Source of the DNA: Lama guanicoe
Taxonomy: Eukaryota
Direction: 5' to 3'
DNA length: 62,000 bases
NCBI GenBank assembly: GCA_013239625.1
Contig: MU054391.1
Span: 7,161,095-7,223,094, forward strand
Made by a program: the position numbers and the translations under genes. Positions 48,951 through 61,732 of this stretch are shown in pieces; the first letter of the stretch is position 1; each line of letters begins with the position of its first letter. The notes under the pieces were generated by a model. The model did not search any database. It was not told the DNA's origin and saw nothing but the letters and a program-made list of their open reading frames with translations.

Positions 48951-50659
48951 AATCTCCATCCCCCCAAGGGGTGGGGGTCAGCTTGCTAGGAAGTGCTCGC
49001 CTCGTAAACTCTGATGGTTGTAGATTTGAAAGACCCAGACTGTGGGTTCAACCACAGCAGCGTAAAGGCGGATTTTATCTGTAAAAGATAAGGACCTTTG
49101 TGACCTGGGGGATGGAGTTGTTTAGTGGGGGATATTCCATCTTCCTGGGTAATGCAAAGAAAAAACCAAAATGGAACGATCAGGAAACAAAAAGCTAAAA
49201 ATAAACGTGGTGTGCTCTGCTGACAGGAGGGAGCTGAAACAGAGCTGATCCTCCGTTCAGCACTGGGGTGCCAGGAACATCTGGGGAAACAGCAATGAAG
49301 AGGTTTTAAGAGGCAGAGAGGAGCCTCTAGTAAGGATGAATTTCTCAGGTTTTCAGGAAGTGTCTCAAATGTTGCTTTCTGAAGAGACGTTCACAGCCAT
49401 CACCACAAACCTCCTCAATGGTGAGGTCTTCCTGCTGAAGTTGTGTTTATAGGAAAAAAAAATTACACATCAAACAACTGGCCAGACCCACTGGGATTCT
49501 GCCGAGGCTGAAACCAAGCGTATTTAGCTTTTTCATATATATTTGCACTCATTTTCCTCTCACAGAAATTCCTGAACTCTGTTCTGGTGTCAGGCTGAGC
49601 TCTGGACTGTGCAATGAACTGGTCTTGCCACCAAAATGTTCACAGGGCTTGGGATCTGCTGGGGTTTTCTAACATTGGTGGGGGTGGGTGTAGTACTGAG
49701 ATAATCTTGGGGTTCTTCCTGAATCTTTGGAAAAGCAGGGAATGTGAGAGACTTGGCATTGGATTCCTGCCCCTTGGCAGGTGCTAAAGGAATTACACCC
49801 CTTCCACTGGAAAGAGCTTGAGAAACAACAGTTTCAGAAGCAATCCGCCTGAAATCTATTTCCATCAGGAGCCGCTTTCTCTAACACTGAGCAGAATGAG
49901 AAATTTGAAAGGAGAATTATTTTAGATTTCGGTGTCTTTGGCCTTTAATTCCTATATGGAAATTAAAAAATGGGAAACAATTTACAGTATCCTTATTTGA
50001 GAGCATTCTTCAACATACATTTGGGCTCACCATGCTATCTCTCCAGGGCTGCATTAGACAATATGGCTGAACTTATGGACAAAGTGAAACAGAATGTGGG
50101 TGAATTTTCAAAATAGGGGAAAATATGGCCTTGGAGTTAATTTCATTAATGCATCTCAGGGTCTGGGGACAGCAGCTGCCCTATTGGTTTTGGGCTGTAC
50201 TTGATCAGACTGAATAGCCTGCAGACTATGGGTGATGTAAAATATCCAAATGCTATTCCAACAACCTAATCACTCTCACTGACCTTTCTTGGGTTGGTAA
50301 AGTTGTCCTCGAAAGAGATCACATTTTAGTATATCATCTTTCATTTTTCAGTTGTGCAAAATTTCAGGTGGATCATGGATTTGACATCACTTCATCGCAG
50401 GCAAATATCTACTCTCCAGTTGGATTAAGTTTTCTATTTATTTAGCCAAAGATGCAGACACCTATGGAAGTGAGGTGGTCACACAGAACAGAGAGTAGAG
50501 TATCCACTCTGATGCATTAGAGTCTCCTTTGGCCCTTTATTTATCTGCAGGATGTTGCTGGGTCTATGAAAGTAAATTTTGTATTTTTCTATGACATCCA
50601 GGAAAACCCAGTTCTGCAAGTTCACCTCTGGACTGCCATTTAATATTCTTTTAGCTGGG

Positions 50660-51028
50660 GACAGAGAGGCAGGGAGAAAAGTGAGAGAAAGGAAGAAATT
50701 GGTTCACACATATGAAGGCTGCAAGTCTGAAATGTGCAGGGCAGGCCAGCATGCCAAAGACCCAGGAAAGAGCTGATGCAAGTTCTAAGGCGGTCTGGAG
50801 GCAGAAGTCCTTCTTCCTCAGGGGAACTCAGTCTTTTAAGGTCTTCAGTCGATTGGATGAGGACTCTGCACCTTACCGAGGGTCGTCTGCTTAACTCAAA
50901 GTCTACGGACTTAAATGTTAATCACTTCTAAAAAATGCTTCCACAGCAACATCTGGACAGGAGTTTGACCAAACATTTGGGCACCAGGCATTGTCTAGCC
51001 AAGCTGATGCATAAAATTAACCAGCACA
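50660..51028 (-). mobile_element. MLT2-type ERVL LTR
   Basis: gattggatgagg...ctcaaagtctac...ttaaatgttaatcac...ctagccaagctgatgcataaaattaaccagcaca. Confidence 0.8.
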
Positions 51029-51129
51029 GATGATAAAGCTGAAACTCAGAGCAGCACTGAATGCTGTAGCTAGGACTTGAGTTGAGAGCTGACTCCAGCT
51101 TGTGTTCCATCAAAGCCACACCATGTCAT

Positions 51130-51132
<3 letters not shown>

Positions 51133-51184
<52 letters not shown>
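51133..51184. repeat. (GT)26 microsatellite
   Basis: Pure GT run of 52 nt. Confidence 0.98.
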
Positions 51185-51186
<2 letters not shown>

Positions 51187-52734
51187 TGGTGAGGTGGGGT
51201 AGAGGCACTGGGGACTATGAGTCCAGAGTCTGTGCAGGGTAGCAGCCATTTTTCCTCCTTGAAAATCTTCTGATCCTTTATAGGGGAAATACTCTGAGAT
51301 TTCCCCAGATTTCTCAGGATAGTATTTCTGGTCCTCCAGGACCTGGCTTTGTGGGAAGGTAAGGATTCCTACGTAGACGTAGGAGGCTGAGCTCAGGTCC
51401 TGTTCAGTTCAGTTCGAGTCAATCCCACCTGAATTATTTTGCCCTGACCACATGCCGGTTTGTTCTGGGCCACAGTATAGTGTGGGAGAAACAGTAGAAA
51501 ATAATAACATGGCTCAATCCATGTGAATCCACCAGGAGATGGAGGCAGACAAGCACAGGAAAAAAAGCACAGAACAAAGAGAATCAGGATACACACTATA
51601 GTAGGAATGCAGGACTGTCTCCAATTCCACATTACTCAAATCAGACCTTTCTAATTCAGTCCTTAATAGACAAGTCTGAAAAATACAAATTTTTAGAGAC
51701 CTATTTAAATATTTGTGCTTTTATATTTTAAGCAAGCTTAGTTTGCCTTTGACAGAGCGCTTAATGGTAAAGAACTTGTAATCAGCAGTGATGTGTGTGT
51801 GTGTGGGTAATTAATTGGAAAGAACCAACAAACATGGATTTGAATCCTAATTGGTGCTAAAATTAAAATAAAGGTGAAATTAAGACTCTCATGGAAATAT
51901 ATAATGAATACATGCTAAGAATTCTATTTAACTCATTAATTAATGAGGAAATGGGTAAAATGTAGAAACAGCTTCAATGGAAAATTCAAAGAACCCACAA
52001 ACACAGATAGTCAGGAATTGGGAAATGAATTTGCAAATAGATGCAAAACAATTCAGTGTCCACAGGGCAATAATCAAGTTCATCTCCAAGGACCAAAATT
52101 CATTTGCATTTCCATGGACAAGAATTATTTGCATCACTATCAGTTTTCTTCAGTTTACAGAGTAGTAAAATAGCACAGAGAAGCACAGAAGGTAAAGATA
52201 TCTTGAAAGGATGCTTTAGATAGAATACCCAGTAATCTGCTTTTTTTCCCATTTCAGAGACTTTCATATTTTTTTTTTCTGGCTCTAGGGAATACAGGAA
52301 TACTAGCTTTAGACATGTTATTTAACCCCTCCATTCCTCATCTGTGAAATAGGACTGTTATTTCTTCACTTTTTTTTTTTGCAGATTAACACAGATATAT
52401 ACATTTTCTGACAGAGTATTTCTTTCAATCAATATTAGATCTTCTTGCACTGTATTTTTTTCAAACTGACATGCGAGTTTGCTCTCCCATAACCTCTTCG
52501 TCCGTGCCCTGGTCCCGCCAAAATTTGCTGAAGGCGTATGACACCAGGCACGTGCCAAGCTCATGCACAGCTAACAACCACACAGTGAGTAAATCACAGG
52601 CTGTGAGGACCTTGTAGACTGGTGGCAGAGGGTACTGAAGAGACAGACCAACGAGTACATCAGTAATTATGATTTCGTGTGACATGCTAAGGGACAACTG
52701 GAATCCAGGGAGGGTACCCCAGGGCATGTAAATA

Positions 52735-52950
52735 GTGGTTCAGAGTAACGGCTCAGGAGCTGCGATGCCTGGGCTAATTAACTTTGTCCTTGGCAAAGTC
52801 ACTTAACTTCTTTACGTCTCAGTATCTTCACCTTTAAAATGGGAGTGATACTTGCAGGTTGTTGTGTAGACTGAATAAATAAGTTAACGTCTGTGAACAT
52901 TTGGAGCAGTTCCTGGCACCCAGTAGGTGCATTCTAAATATTAGCTATTA
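52735..52950 (+). mobile_element. MIR SINE relic
   Basis: ggcaaagtcacttaacttc...ctcagtatcttcacctttaaaatggg...cctggcacccagtaggtgcattctaaatattagcta. Confidence 0.7.
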
Positions 52951-52953
52951 CTA

Positions 52954-53395
52954 TTTTTTTAATTGAAGTATAGTTGATTTACAATGTTGTTAGTTTCTGG
53001 TGTCCAGCATAGTGATTCAGCTATACATATATATATATATTCTTTTTCATTATAGGTTATTACAAGATATTGAATATAGTTTCCTGTGCTACACAGTAGG
53101 AACTTGATGTTTATCTATTCTGTATATATCTGTTAATCCCAAACTCTAATTTACCCCACCCCCTTCCCCTTTGATAACTATAAACTTGTTTTGTATGTTT
53201 TGTCTCTTTCTGTTTTGTAAATAAGTTCATTTGTATCATTTGTTTTAGATTCCATATATACGTGATATCTTACGGTATTTTTCTTTCTTTTTCTGACTTC
53301 CTTTGCTTAGTATGATGATCTCCACGTCCAGCCATGTTGCTGCAAATGGCATTATTTCATCCTTTTTTATGGCTGAGTATTATTCTAGTATATAT
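52954..53395 (-). mobile_element. 5'-truncated L1 3' end
   Basis: T-tail, aattgaagtatagttgatttacaatgttg...catgttgctgcaaatggcattatttc...ttttatggctgagta. Confidence 0.88.
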
Positions 53396-53599
53396 ATTTC
53401 ATGAATTAATATGCATAGATTGAACAAAGAGTAGTTTCTACATAAAAACCTAAATCAGGGAAAGACAAGAATCGTAAGACAAGATTCATATATCCCTTAG
53501 CAGTTGCCAGGCTGAACTGCTGCACCACGCACATGCAATCAGTTGGTTTTACGGTGCTCTCGGGTTCTCTCCCTCAGGTGTTACTTTCCCAGGCTAAGC

Positions 53600-54135
53600 T
53601 GTTACTGAATTAAATCCTACGGACCCTGCTGGGGCCCTGGCCGGGCTCTTGGTTAGGGTTCCAGCAGCCCAATGATGAAACTGACGCTGAGCTCTGCGCC
53701 GCGCGAGCTTTAGTCAACGGTCAGAAGATGCACAAGCGGAAACGAAGTTCACGAATCAACTTCTCGCGGGATTTGAAGTTCACGGATCAACTTCTCGCGG
53801 GATTTAAGGCGGGAAGACAACGCGAGGCTTACTGAGGCTAATGACGGGGCGGCGTATACCTTGCTCTGCTGGGGAAAGGGTGAGGCTTTTCAAGGAAGTC
53901 GGGTGCCACCCCCTGTTTATCCTTTTTCAGTCTTTACCATCGGGTTCTGGCTGCTGGCGGGTGCGTTGCTTTGGATGCTAATGTAGTCAGACCAGCGGTC
54001 AGTGAGACTCAGGGCCTGCCCCAGGGCAGCTGCTCCGCCATCTTGGCCCCGGCCGGTTCTGGCCGGGTTGTTTGCGCGTAGCTTGCTTTCTTACCTGTTG
54101 ATTATAACCTCGTGCTCAAAACTACCCTCGAGGTG
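53600..54135 (-). mobile_element. ERV1-type LTR relic (MER31/MER67-like, recalled), CpG-rich
   Basis: Starts tgttactg (minus strand ...cagtaaca end); ccgccatcttggccccggccggttctggcc and taacctcgtgctcaaaac resemble this LTR group. Confidence 0.55.
53744..53805. repeat. 31-bp tandem duplication (2 copies, 1 mismatch)
   Basis: gaagttcacgaatcaacttctcgcgggattt / gaagttcacggatcaacttctcgcgggattt. Confidence 0.97.
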
Positions 54136-54669
54136 AGGGGAACGAAGATGGATCTGAACTGGAACTCAAGGCTGGCGCCAAAGCAAGGCTGCGTTTCTCT
54201 GCACCGGACTGAGGAACTCGTCACCGGCTCCGACCTGCCTTTGGGCAAACTTGCCTGAGACACGCTCGTCTGTAAACAGAGGAACCAACGAGCAGAGGAG
54301 CAGGTACGGATGGTGACTCTCTAACAAGGCTGGGGACCCGGCCGGGTAGGCTGCAGGGGACGGGGGGAGGCGGAATGGATCTCCTTCATCACCCCTTCAC
54401 TGCCCACTGCCCCTAGCCCAGCTCCACTGAGCCACAGGCCCTCCCCATCACCCCAGCTCTTTCCTCCACTGAGAAATCTGGGGACTTTTTTTTTTTTTTG
54501 AAAACAAAGGAGACAGATCCAAGCATTCCCTACCCTTACTTCTATTACTAGTTCCTGGTGGTAGCGTATAGAGACACAAGCGTCACTGGTAAGTACACAG
54601 CAAAAACAAGCTGGAAGGGCCCTGGGTTGGTGGGCTAAGCCTGCCCTGGTTAATTGATGGGGTTGGAGT

Positions 54670-54860
54670 CCTGGTTCCCTAGGTGCGGGCTCTGGGCCGG
54701 CAGCATCAGCATCACCTGGGAACTTACTAGAAATGCAAGTTCTTGGGCCCCACCCCAGACCTCTGGAAGCAGACATTCAGGGCAGGGGGCACAGCAGTCT
54801 GCTCACCAGGCCCTTTGAAAGAAGGTGATGCTAATATAACTTGAAGTTTGAGAACCATTG
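54670..54860. mobile_element. MER5A hAT DNA transposon
   Basis: gcagcatcagcatcacctgggaacttactagaaatgcaagttcttgggccccaccccagacct...aagtttgagaaccattg. Confidence 0.85.
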
Positions 54861-57699
54861 GTTAGGTGAGTTTTAAGTTTCCTTCTGGTTCAAATAGTCT
54901 ATGATTCCCTGCTCTTATCTACGAAGAGGCCAGATTGTACCTATTGCCTATGACATCTGGGAGGATGACAGGCAGGAGAGCGGCCTCACACAATGAAAAT
55001 GGAACTAAATAGGAGGCCATGTAAGTTCCTTTCAAGGCATCATCTATTATCGCCGTTACCTGAGTTCCATTTGCTAATTTATTGAAGCAAAAGCTGAAAA
55101 GGAGACCTGTGGGAAGGTCCCGATGCCCTGCAGTGAATGCATTAAGGAACAGCTCTTGGTTGTCCCTGAAAGGCCCCTGGAAAGGTTCCCCGTGGGCAGC
55201 ACCTGGAGAGGGAGGCTGACAGCAGCTTCGTGCATCTCAGAGAGGATACTGTTTCTCCCACTGGTTTCTGACACAATCGGGCAAGTGTGCGCTGGCCCGG
55301 CCGGCCTCCAGCTGCAGCTGTGTGCCCTGCGTTCCCTGGAAGGATGCCTGCAGCCTGAGAAGGGGTGATCTGTTTCCGTGAGAGGCACCCCCAGCTCCTG
55401 TTGACAGGTTTGTTGTTCACAAAACTACTTTCTGGAGCTGCTTTCTTGGGCCAGAGCCAGGAAGCAGTTACCTCAGAGCCTAGCACATAGTAGGTGTGAT
55501 GAACAGCACACATTGGGTCATTTCTTAAAATTGCTCTGGGGCCCAGGCAGAATCCCAGAAACAGTTTTGGGCAGCGCCTAAGCTTGTGGTGCTGCAGGGA
55601 GGGACACGTGATCTCAGACTTCTGCTCTTCTCAGCTCCTGTCTAATAGATAAGCCATGGAAGGAAATTACATTTTGCCTCGTGGCACGCTTGATGGTTTC
55701 ACATCTACAGACGTTGCATTACAGTCGCCATGGGATTGCTGGGTTAGAGTTGTTTCTAATTTCCAGATGAAAACTCCAGGGTGTAGAAAATAAATATCCT
55801 GACCAGAGCTATACAAGATACTAAAATTAATTTCATTTATTTATAGTACATAGTACTTACTATGTTGGCAAATAATATACTCATTATAGAATGAATTTCT
55901 GTTTCTAATTCTGTTTATTTAGTTATATCTACTTATTCTATCTATCATATTTAATATATCTGTTTAATTATTTTAATCATCACAAATGCTTTAAATAGGT
56001 ATTACTGTCACCATTTTAGAGATGAGGAAACTGAGGCTCAAGAAGATAAATTAACCAGTCCTCGGTCACAGGGTTGGGAAGTGACTGAGCTTGAATTATA
56101 CCCCAGTAGGTGTTTGGATGGATAGAAGCTGTCATAGCCTGTTCTCAGCCATGCTTCTTTGGGGTGTGGAATTGAAGGTCGCCTGGACCCCTGCTTCTTG
56201 TCTGTGGTTGCAGTGTCTGAATTTTCACCATCAGCAATCTTTTGGGTTCTAATCCCCCTCAGCCCCCAATCCCAAGTGATTCGTCTTCTCTGTGAGTGTG
56301 GATATTCCTGGACAGGTGAGTCGTTAGCTGAGTCACAGACAGTACATGATGAAATGGTCAGTGAGACTTTGATACTTTTATAAGATCACACGATGAGCAT
56401 GTAGTTCATCATAGAGTCTTCCCTCCTGACAGAGGCACTACAAGGAGTATGGGAACCACTGGCGCTGGGGCAGGAGGTGGGGCCCCTGTCCAGAGGAGAA
56501 TTCCAGAAGGGAAGTGTAAAGGAGGGGGTTGAAGAAAACCACCTTCACTACATTTGGCTCATGGGGTAATGTGGCCTCCATCTCGCAGATGAAGAAATGT
56601 GCCCAAAGATGTTGGAAGAGAGCTTTGGTTGAATTGAAGTCATTCGGTCAGTGAGTCATAGACGCCAACAACAAACTTATTCTGAGCATCTTCTCTGTGC
56701 TGAAGACTGGGCTCCACAGGGGAAGACAGGGAAAACTCCATCTCCACACACAAGAAACCCACAGTCAAGGGCAGAGACTCACCGGCATGTAGATCAACTA
56801 CACTGAGGTGTCATACAGCAGCACGAGGTCTGTAGTTTCAGTCAAGTACTCTAATTTTCACACATAAGAGAAGGACAGTGGAGAAAACGCCCTTCTCCAC
56901 TTCCGAATGCCAGCGATGAGCATGGGGTCTGCAGGTTACAGAGGACATTCACATGTCAGCCAGAGGGTTCAGCACATGGCTGGGGAGGGGGTGAATCCAC
57001 CATGTGAAGCTGTATTTTCCTGAGTCTCTGATCACATGACGTGTGAGCAGCAGAACTGGGACTTGAACTTGTGTCTGAGATTTGAAGTCCCCTGTGGTTG
57101 CCAACATCAGGGTAGGTGAGTGGGGCAGAGCCAGGACAGTGAAGTCTTATTTCCTCAGGATGGGAAGAGACTCAGGGAGCCTGGCCTCCAGATCCAAATG
57201 CATCCCTCATTCAGGTCAGAGCTAAGAGCAGGCGATGAAGGCAGAAAAGCCTCAAGACGTCGGGGTGGCTTATAGCAGAGTTGAGGGGAGGGTGGAGGGG
57301 ATCGACAATTACTTGCCCTGCTTGGGCGCCAAGTATACAAACAAGATCTCCTTTAATCACATGAAACTGCGATGTGGTCTTGCTCAAGGATCAAGGGACA
57401 TAGCTGGTTTAAGCCTGCCTTGTTAAGAAGTGTCAGATGGGCTTTGAACTCTGGTCTGCCTGAATCCAAATCCAGCTCTTCCTGCTTCCCTATACTGTTT
57501 TCCAGCCCATCCTTTACAGTCCTTACTGTGGCATCTGTCTCAGCTGTCCTGGCCCGGCCATGACGTTACGTGTAGTGACACATGGCAAATCTTATGCTAT
57601 TCACAACATTAGCTTCGTGTGAGGGTTTTACAACCGTCTAGTGGGGAGAACTGTTATCTGTCAGTCCAGGAAGCTTGGTGTAAGAGGCTCAAAAGGGAA

Positions 57700-59560
57700 A
57701 TATGATACAGAGGCATGAGACTAGCTTGATGGGGGACTGCTTAATTCTAGAGAGGTGGAGAAAAGAAAGCAAGCTCTCCAGGTTGAGGGATAAGTGTAAG
57801 CAAAGGCTTCCAAGTGGAGGACACAGGGGTCCTGAGGTTTGTGAGAGGGAGGGAGGGAGAGGGAGATCAGATTAGATTACCCAGGGCCTCCTGAGGCCAC
57901 GCCACAGTGAGGAGGTGGATTTCATTTTAGGAACGGGGAGGGCACTGAGTGGTTTTTAAGGAGCTGGGTTGGGGAGAGGGGATGTTGTGGGAAGGATGAA
58001 CAGCAGAGAGGTGACTGGGAATCGGGTGGATGGAGGCTTGCCCCAAGGGAGGAGCAGTGGAGACCGTGAGCAATAGGTGGACTTAGGAAATATTTTGGAG
58101 GTAGAACCAGAGGGATTTTTGATTGTTAAGATGTGAGGCTTAAAGGAAAAGGAGAAATCCTCAGTATTTCCTGGGTTTGGGGTTTAACTAGCAAGATGAT
58201 GGTGGCAGAGAAAGTGAATTAAAAAGACAAAGAGAGGAGCCCACTTAACTCTTGTTTTGGACCCTTTAAATTTCAGAGACCCTGTGAGTGGTTGGGTCTG
58301 TGGGTCCATTGGACTTGGCACCTTGGAAATCTTTAGAATCCTACAAAGAACATTTTCAGAGGAATGGAAGTGAGGACATGGAAGCAATGAATATGAATGA
58401 CATGGCGAGGAGTTCTGCTGTGAAGGGGTCAAGGGAAGTTGTTTTTGTTTTTTCAGCAATTTAAATCTGTACTGGAGTCTTTCACAAATATCAAAGGGGA
58501 TCCAACCTAAAACCCACAACAACTTTCTTAACATACTTTTTTGTTCTCCTTCATGTCTACTTTTTATTTTGAAAGATGTGGAGTTAGAGAAACGTTGAAA
58601 CAATCATATGGTTCAGGCCCGTGTTCCCTTTATCCAGATGCTCTCTGCCCCTTGCTGGAGACAAGACATGGGAGGCCCCGTGTGATTACTGGAGGGAGCA
58701 ACCAAGGAGAGGGGAGGTTACAGAGAAGCAAAGTCTTCGGGAAGATGAAAGGTGGCTTGTCTCAGGGTATAAATGAAAGTTCCACCTTGGATGAGAGCAG
58801 GGCTGTAACAGGAGGGAGGAAGTGAGATGCTGAAACTTTCTGGTGGCCTCCCCTGCTGAGAGTTGAGGGGCTCTGGGCAGTCTAGGAGAGCGGGGAAGGG
58901 TTGCACGGGGAGGAGTTGGAGATGCAGCAGACCGCAGTATTAAGCTGGAGGTCTGTGCTCTTGAAGTTTCACTGCATGAGGTTTCTTCAGTAATGTTGAG
59001 CAGCTTGGGTGTAGGCATGCAGGATGGAAATGGTTGTATTTCACCAGGGCTGGGTTTTGCTACAATGGAGGGAGGAAGGGTGGGCAACGGACTGACTATA
59101 AGGAGGACCAGAGAAGCAGAGCTGGGTGACAAGAGGCAGCAAGATGGGGAGAAGAGATGGCCTGTGGGAGCAGGGGTTGGTCAGAGGCTTGACAGCCTTA
59201 TCACTGCAAGAAATGTGCTCCCTCTGGAGTGCTGGAACCACAGATCTGGGCTGAGGACATGGTGGATGGTTAGGGGCCGTGGGTGTTAAGAGTTCAGAGG
59301 TGGTGCCGTCCTTGTGTACAGAGCCCAGAACGTGCTCATGTCATGAGCATGACTGAGAGGTTGCTGGGGCAGAAACGGTCCTTAGTGAGGTTGGACGTCG
59401 ACAAAGAGGGTACTGAGTAGATCATCCTTAGGGACTTGACGTCACCTGTGACGGCAGCAGCTGAGGTGGAGAGGGAAGCGGTGAGTCGGGAGCCGAAGTC
59501 TTCAGTGATGAGGGCCAACGGCTGGAGGTTAGAAGGTGACTGCGGGAAGATGGAGGTTGG
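57700..59560 (-). mobile_element. Fragmented LINE-2 internal relic
   Basis: Purine-rich antisense L2-like sequence; minus-strand ORF pieces 58686..59132 and 59336..59518 show decayed resemblance to L2 ORF2. Boundaries approximate. Confidence 0.5.
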
Positions 59561-60331
59561 AGGGGAAGAGAATTTGGGCTCGGGTAGGTCTAGGGTGTGT
59601 GCCTTGTAGAAGGAGGGTGGGAATACAGGCTGGCCCGGGAGATGTGGGCTTGTGGGCTGTGGCAGTATTCTTCCTCATGTCTCGGAGAGGAACAGGGACA
59701 GGGAGTTCAGGATCTTGTGTTGCACATGTGATGTTGAAGTCCTTGAGTCCATATGCCGTCCTGGGGAGGTACATGTGTATCAGAGTCGGAATACATCTCA
59801 CCGCTGAGTAAATGTGGGATCTTGGGCAAGCCGTTTTGCCTCTCAGAGGCTTCATTTCCACATCTGTGAAGCAGTGCTCAGGAAAGTTGTTTAGAAGCTT
59901 AAAAGAGATAAGATAGAGATTACAGTCCAGAGGAGGGCTGGAGCCCCAGGAGCTAAGAGAATAGGCTTTAGAAGAAGTTTCCTCCAGAGAGGAAGAGGAA
60001 GTGGCAAGTCTGTCTCTTCTGCTTGAGAGGGCCACGGGAAGGGGGAGGGGGAGAGACGTGGAGTGGGGACAAGCAACTGGTCCGAGACTTCCCTGAATAC
60101 CCGTCTGGGCCAAGCTGGTGGAGCTGGGAGGTGTGCTGGCTGTGCTGGGATGGAAGCCAGAGGTCTTAGCTGCACTGGCTGCTTGGGTCCCTGGTTGGAG
60201 CCTGCAGCGCAGGGCGGCCCCAGGGGTGGGAGAGCGGCAGCTGCTGCAGGGGGAGCATGGGATGCCCTGGAATTCTCGCTCATAGGCTGGCCACTTCCCC
60301 TTCAGAGAGAGCCTGGGACCCATGGTGGGAA

Positions 60332-60815
60332 TTTTTTTTTTTAAGTGAAGTATCATTGATTGAAAATAGTATGTTCCTGTTAGTTCTAGGTGTATAGTGA
60401 AGTGATTCAGTAACACATATATATTTTTTCAGATTATTTTTCCATTATAGGTTATTACAAGATACTGAATATTGTTCCCTGGGTTATACTGTAAATCCTT
60501 GTTGCTTATTTGCTTTATATATAGTAGTGTGTACCTGTTAATCCCGTATTCCTGATATATCCCTCCTCCCTTTCCCTTTTGGTAACCATTAGTTTGTTTT
60601 CTATGTCTGCGAGTCTGTTTCTGTTTTGTAAATAAGTTCATTTGAATTGTAGATTCCACATACAAGTGGTATATAATATTTGTCTTTATCTGACTGATTT
60701 CACTTAGTATGATCATCTCTAGGTCTATCCATGTTGCTGCAAAAGGCATTATTTCATTGTTTTTTTTTTATAGCTGAGTAGTGTTCCATTGCATGCACAA
60801 TACCGCACCTTCATT
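60332..60815 (-). mobile_element. 5'-truncated L1 3' end with ORF2 C-terminal remnant
   Basis: T-tail; minus-strand ORF 60429..60749 starts MPFAATWIDLEMIILSEISQ, the L1 ORF2 C-terminal signature. Confidence 0.9.
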
Positions 60816-60847
60816 CACAGGAAATTATTTCTTGATGAGCTAGGGAT

Positions 60848-61238
60848 CATGGGCTGAACTGCATCCCAAGTTCGTATGTTGAACCCTGAACCCCAGTGCT
60901 TCAGAATGTGACTGTATTTGGAAAGAGAGCCTTTAAAGAGGTGATTAAGTTAAGATGATGTCTTTAGGGTGGGACCTAATCCAGTGTGACTGGTGTCCTT
61001 AAGAGAAAATTTGAACACATAGAGCCACAGGGGATGCATGTGCACAGAGAAAAGACCACGTGACCACGTGGTGAAATGGTGGCTGTCTGCAAACCGAGAA
61101 GAGAGGCCTCAAAAAAACCCAAAGCTGACACCTTGATGTTGAACTTCGGCCTCCAGAACTGTGAGAAAATGAATTTCTGCTGTTTGAGCCCCCCCCCAGT
61201 CTGTGGTGTTTTGTTACAGCAGCCAGAGCTGACTAAGA
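60848..61238 (+). mobile_element. MLT1A/B-type MaLR LTR
   Basis: cagaatgtgactgtatttgga...gggtgggacctaatccagtgtgactggtgtcctta...gcctccagaactgtgagaaaatgaatttctgctgttt. Confidence 0.88.
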
Positions 61239-61718
61239 TGTTTGGCTAGTCAACACCCCCGAGGACAGCTGTGAGTATTTCCTGAGCACCATCTACAAAC
61301 ACAACTGTTGTTCTTACTTTTGCATTTACTCTTTTCTATTCTGTTGGATTCATACAAACAAATTACAGAAAGACCCAGTTACTCGAGCCTTGTGCAGTCA
61401 TTTACTCAGCGTTTATGCTCCAGGAACTTTTACAGCTGCTGTGATTTCAGAAAGGGGAAGGATTCTTCAATGACAACCAATTCCTCATCTCACCCTGGGT
61501 TAAATGAATCATCTCCCTGGACCTCAGTTTCCCATCTGTAAGACTAGCAAAGCAGTTCTCACCTAGCAGGAATGTAACGTTCAAAGGAGATGAAAGGGAT
61601 TTGGAAGCATCTGCTCATCAGAGGTGGATATCTGTTTTTTGTTTGTCTGTCACACCTACCTTCTCTCGGAAACATTGTTTTACTTTGGGCAGGGAAATGG
61701 GTGTGGTTCCTCATGTCA

Positions 61719-61732
61719 CCAGCAGATGGCGC
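61719..61732 (+). promoter_or_regulatory. CTCF consensus motif
   Basis: CCAGCAGATGGCGC fits CCASYAGRKGGCRS. Confidence 0.55.

Noticed and set aside
59529..60416. Longest ORF in the track (295 aa, minus strand)
   Set aside because: It starts inside an L1 tail, runs through MIR-like and low-complexity S/P-rich sequence, and shows no recognisable domain; a chance ORF.
60429..60749. 106-aa minus-strand ORF
   Set aside because: L1 ORF2 C-terminal remnant running into the L1 3' UTR, not a host gene.
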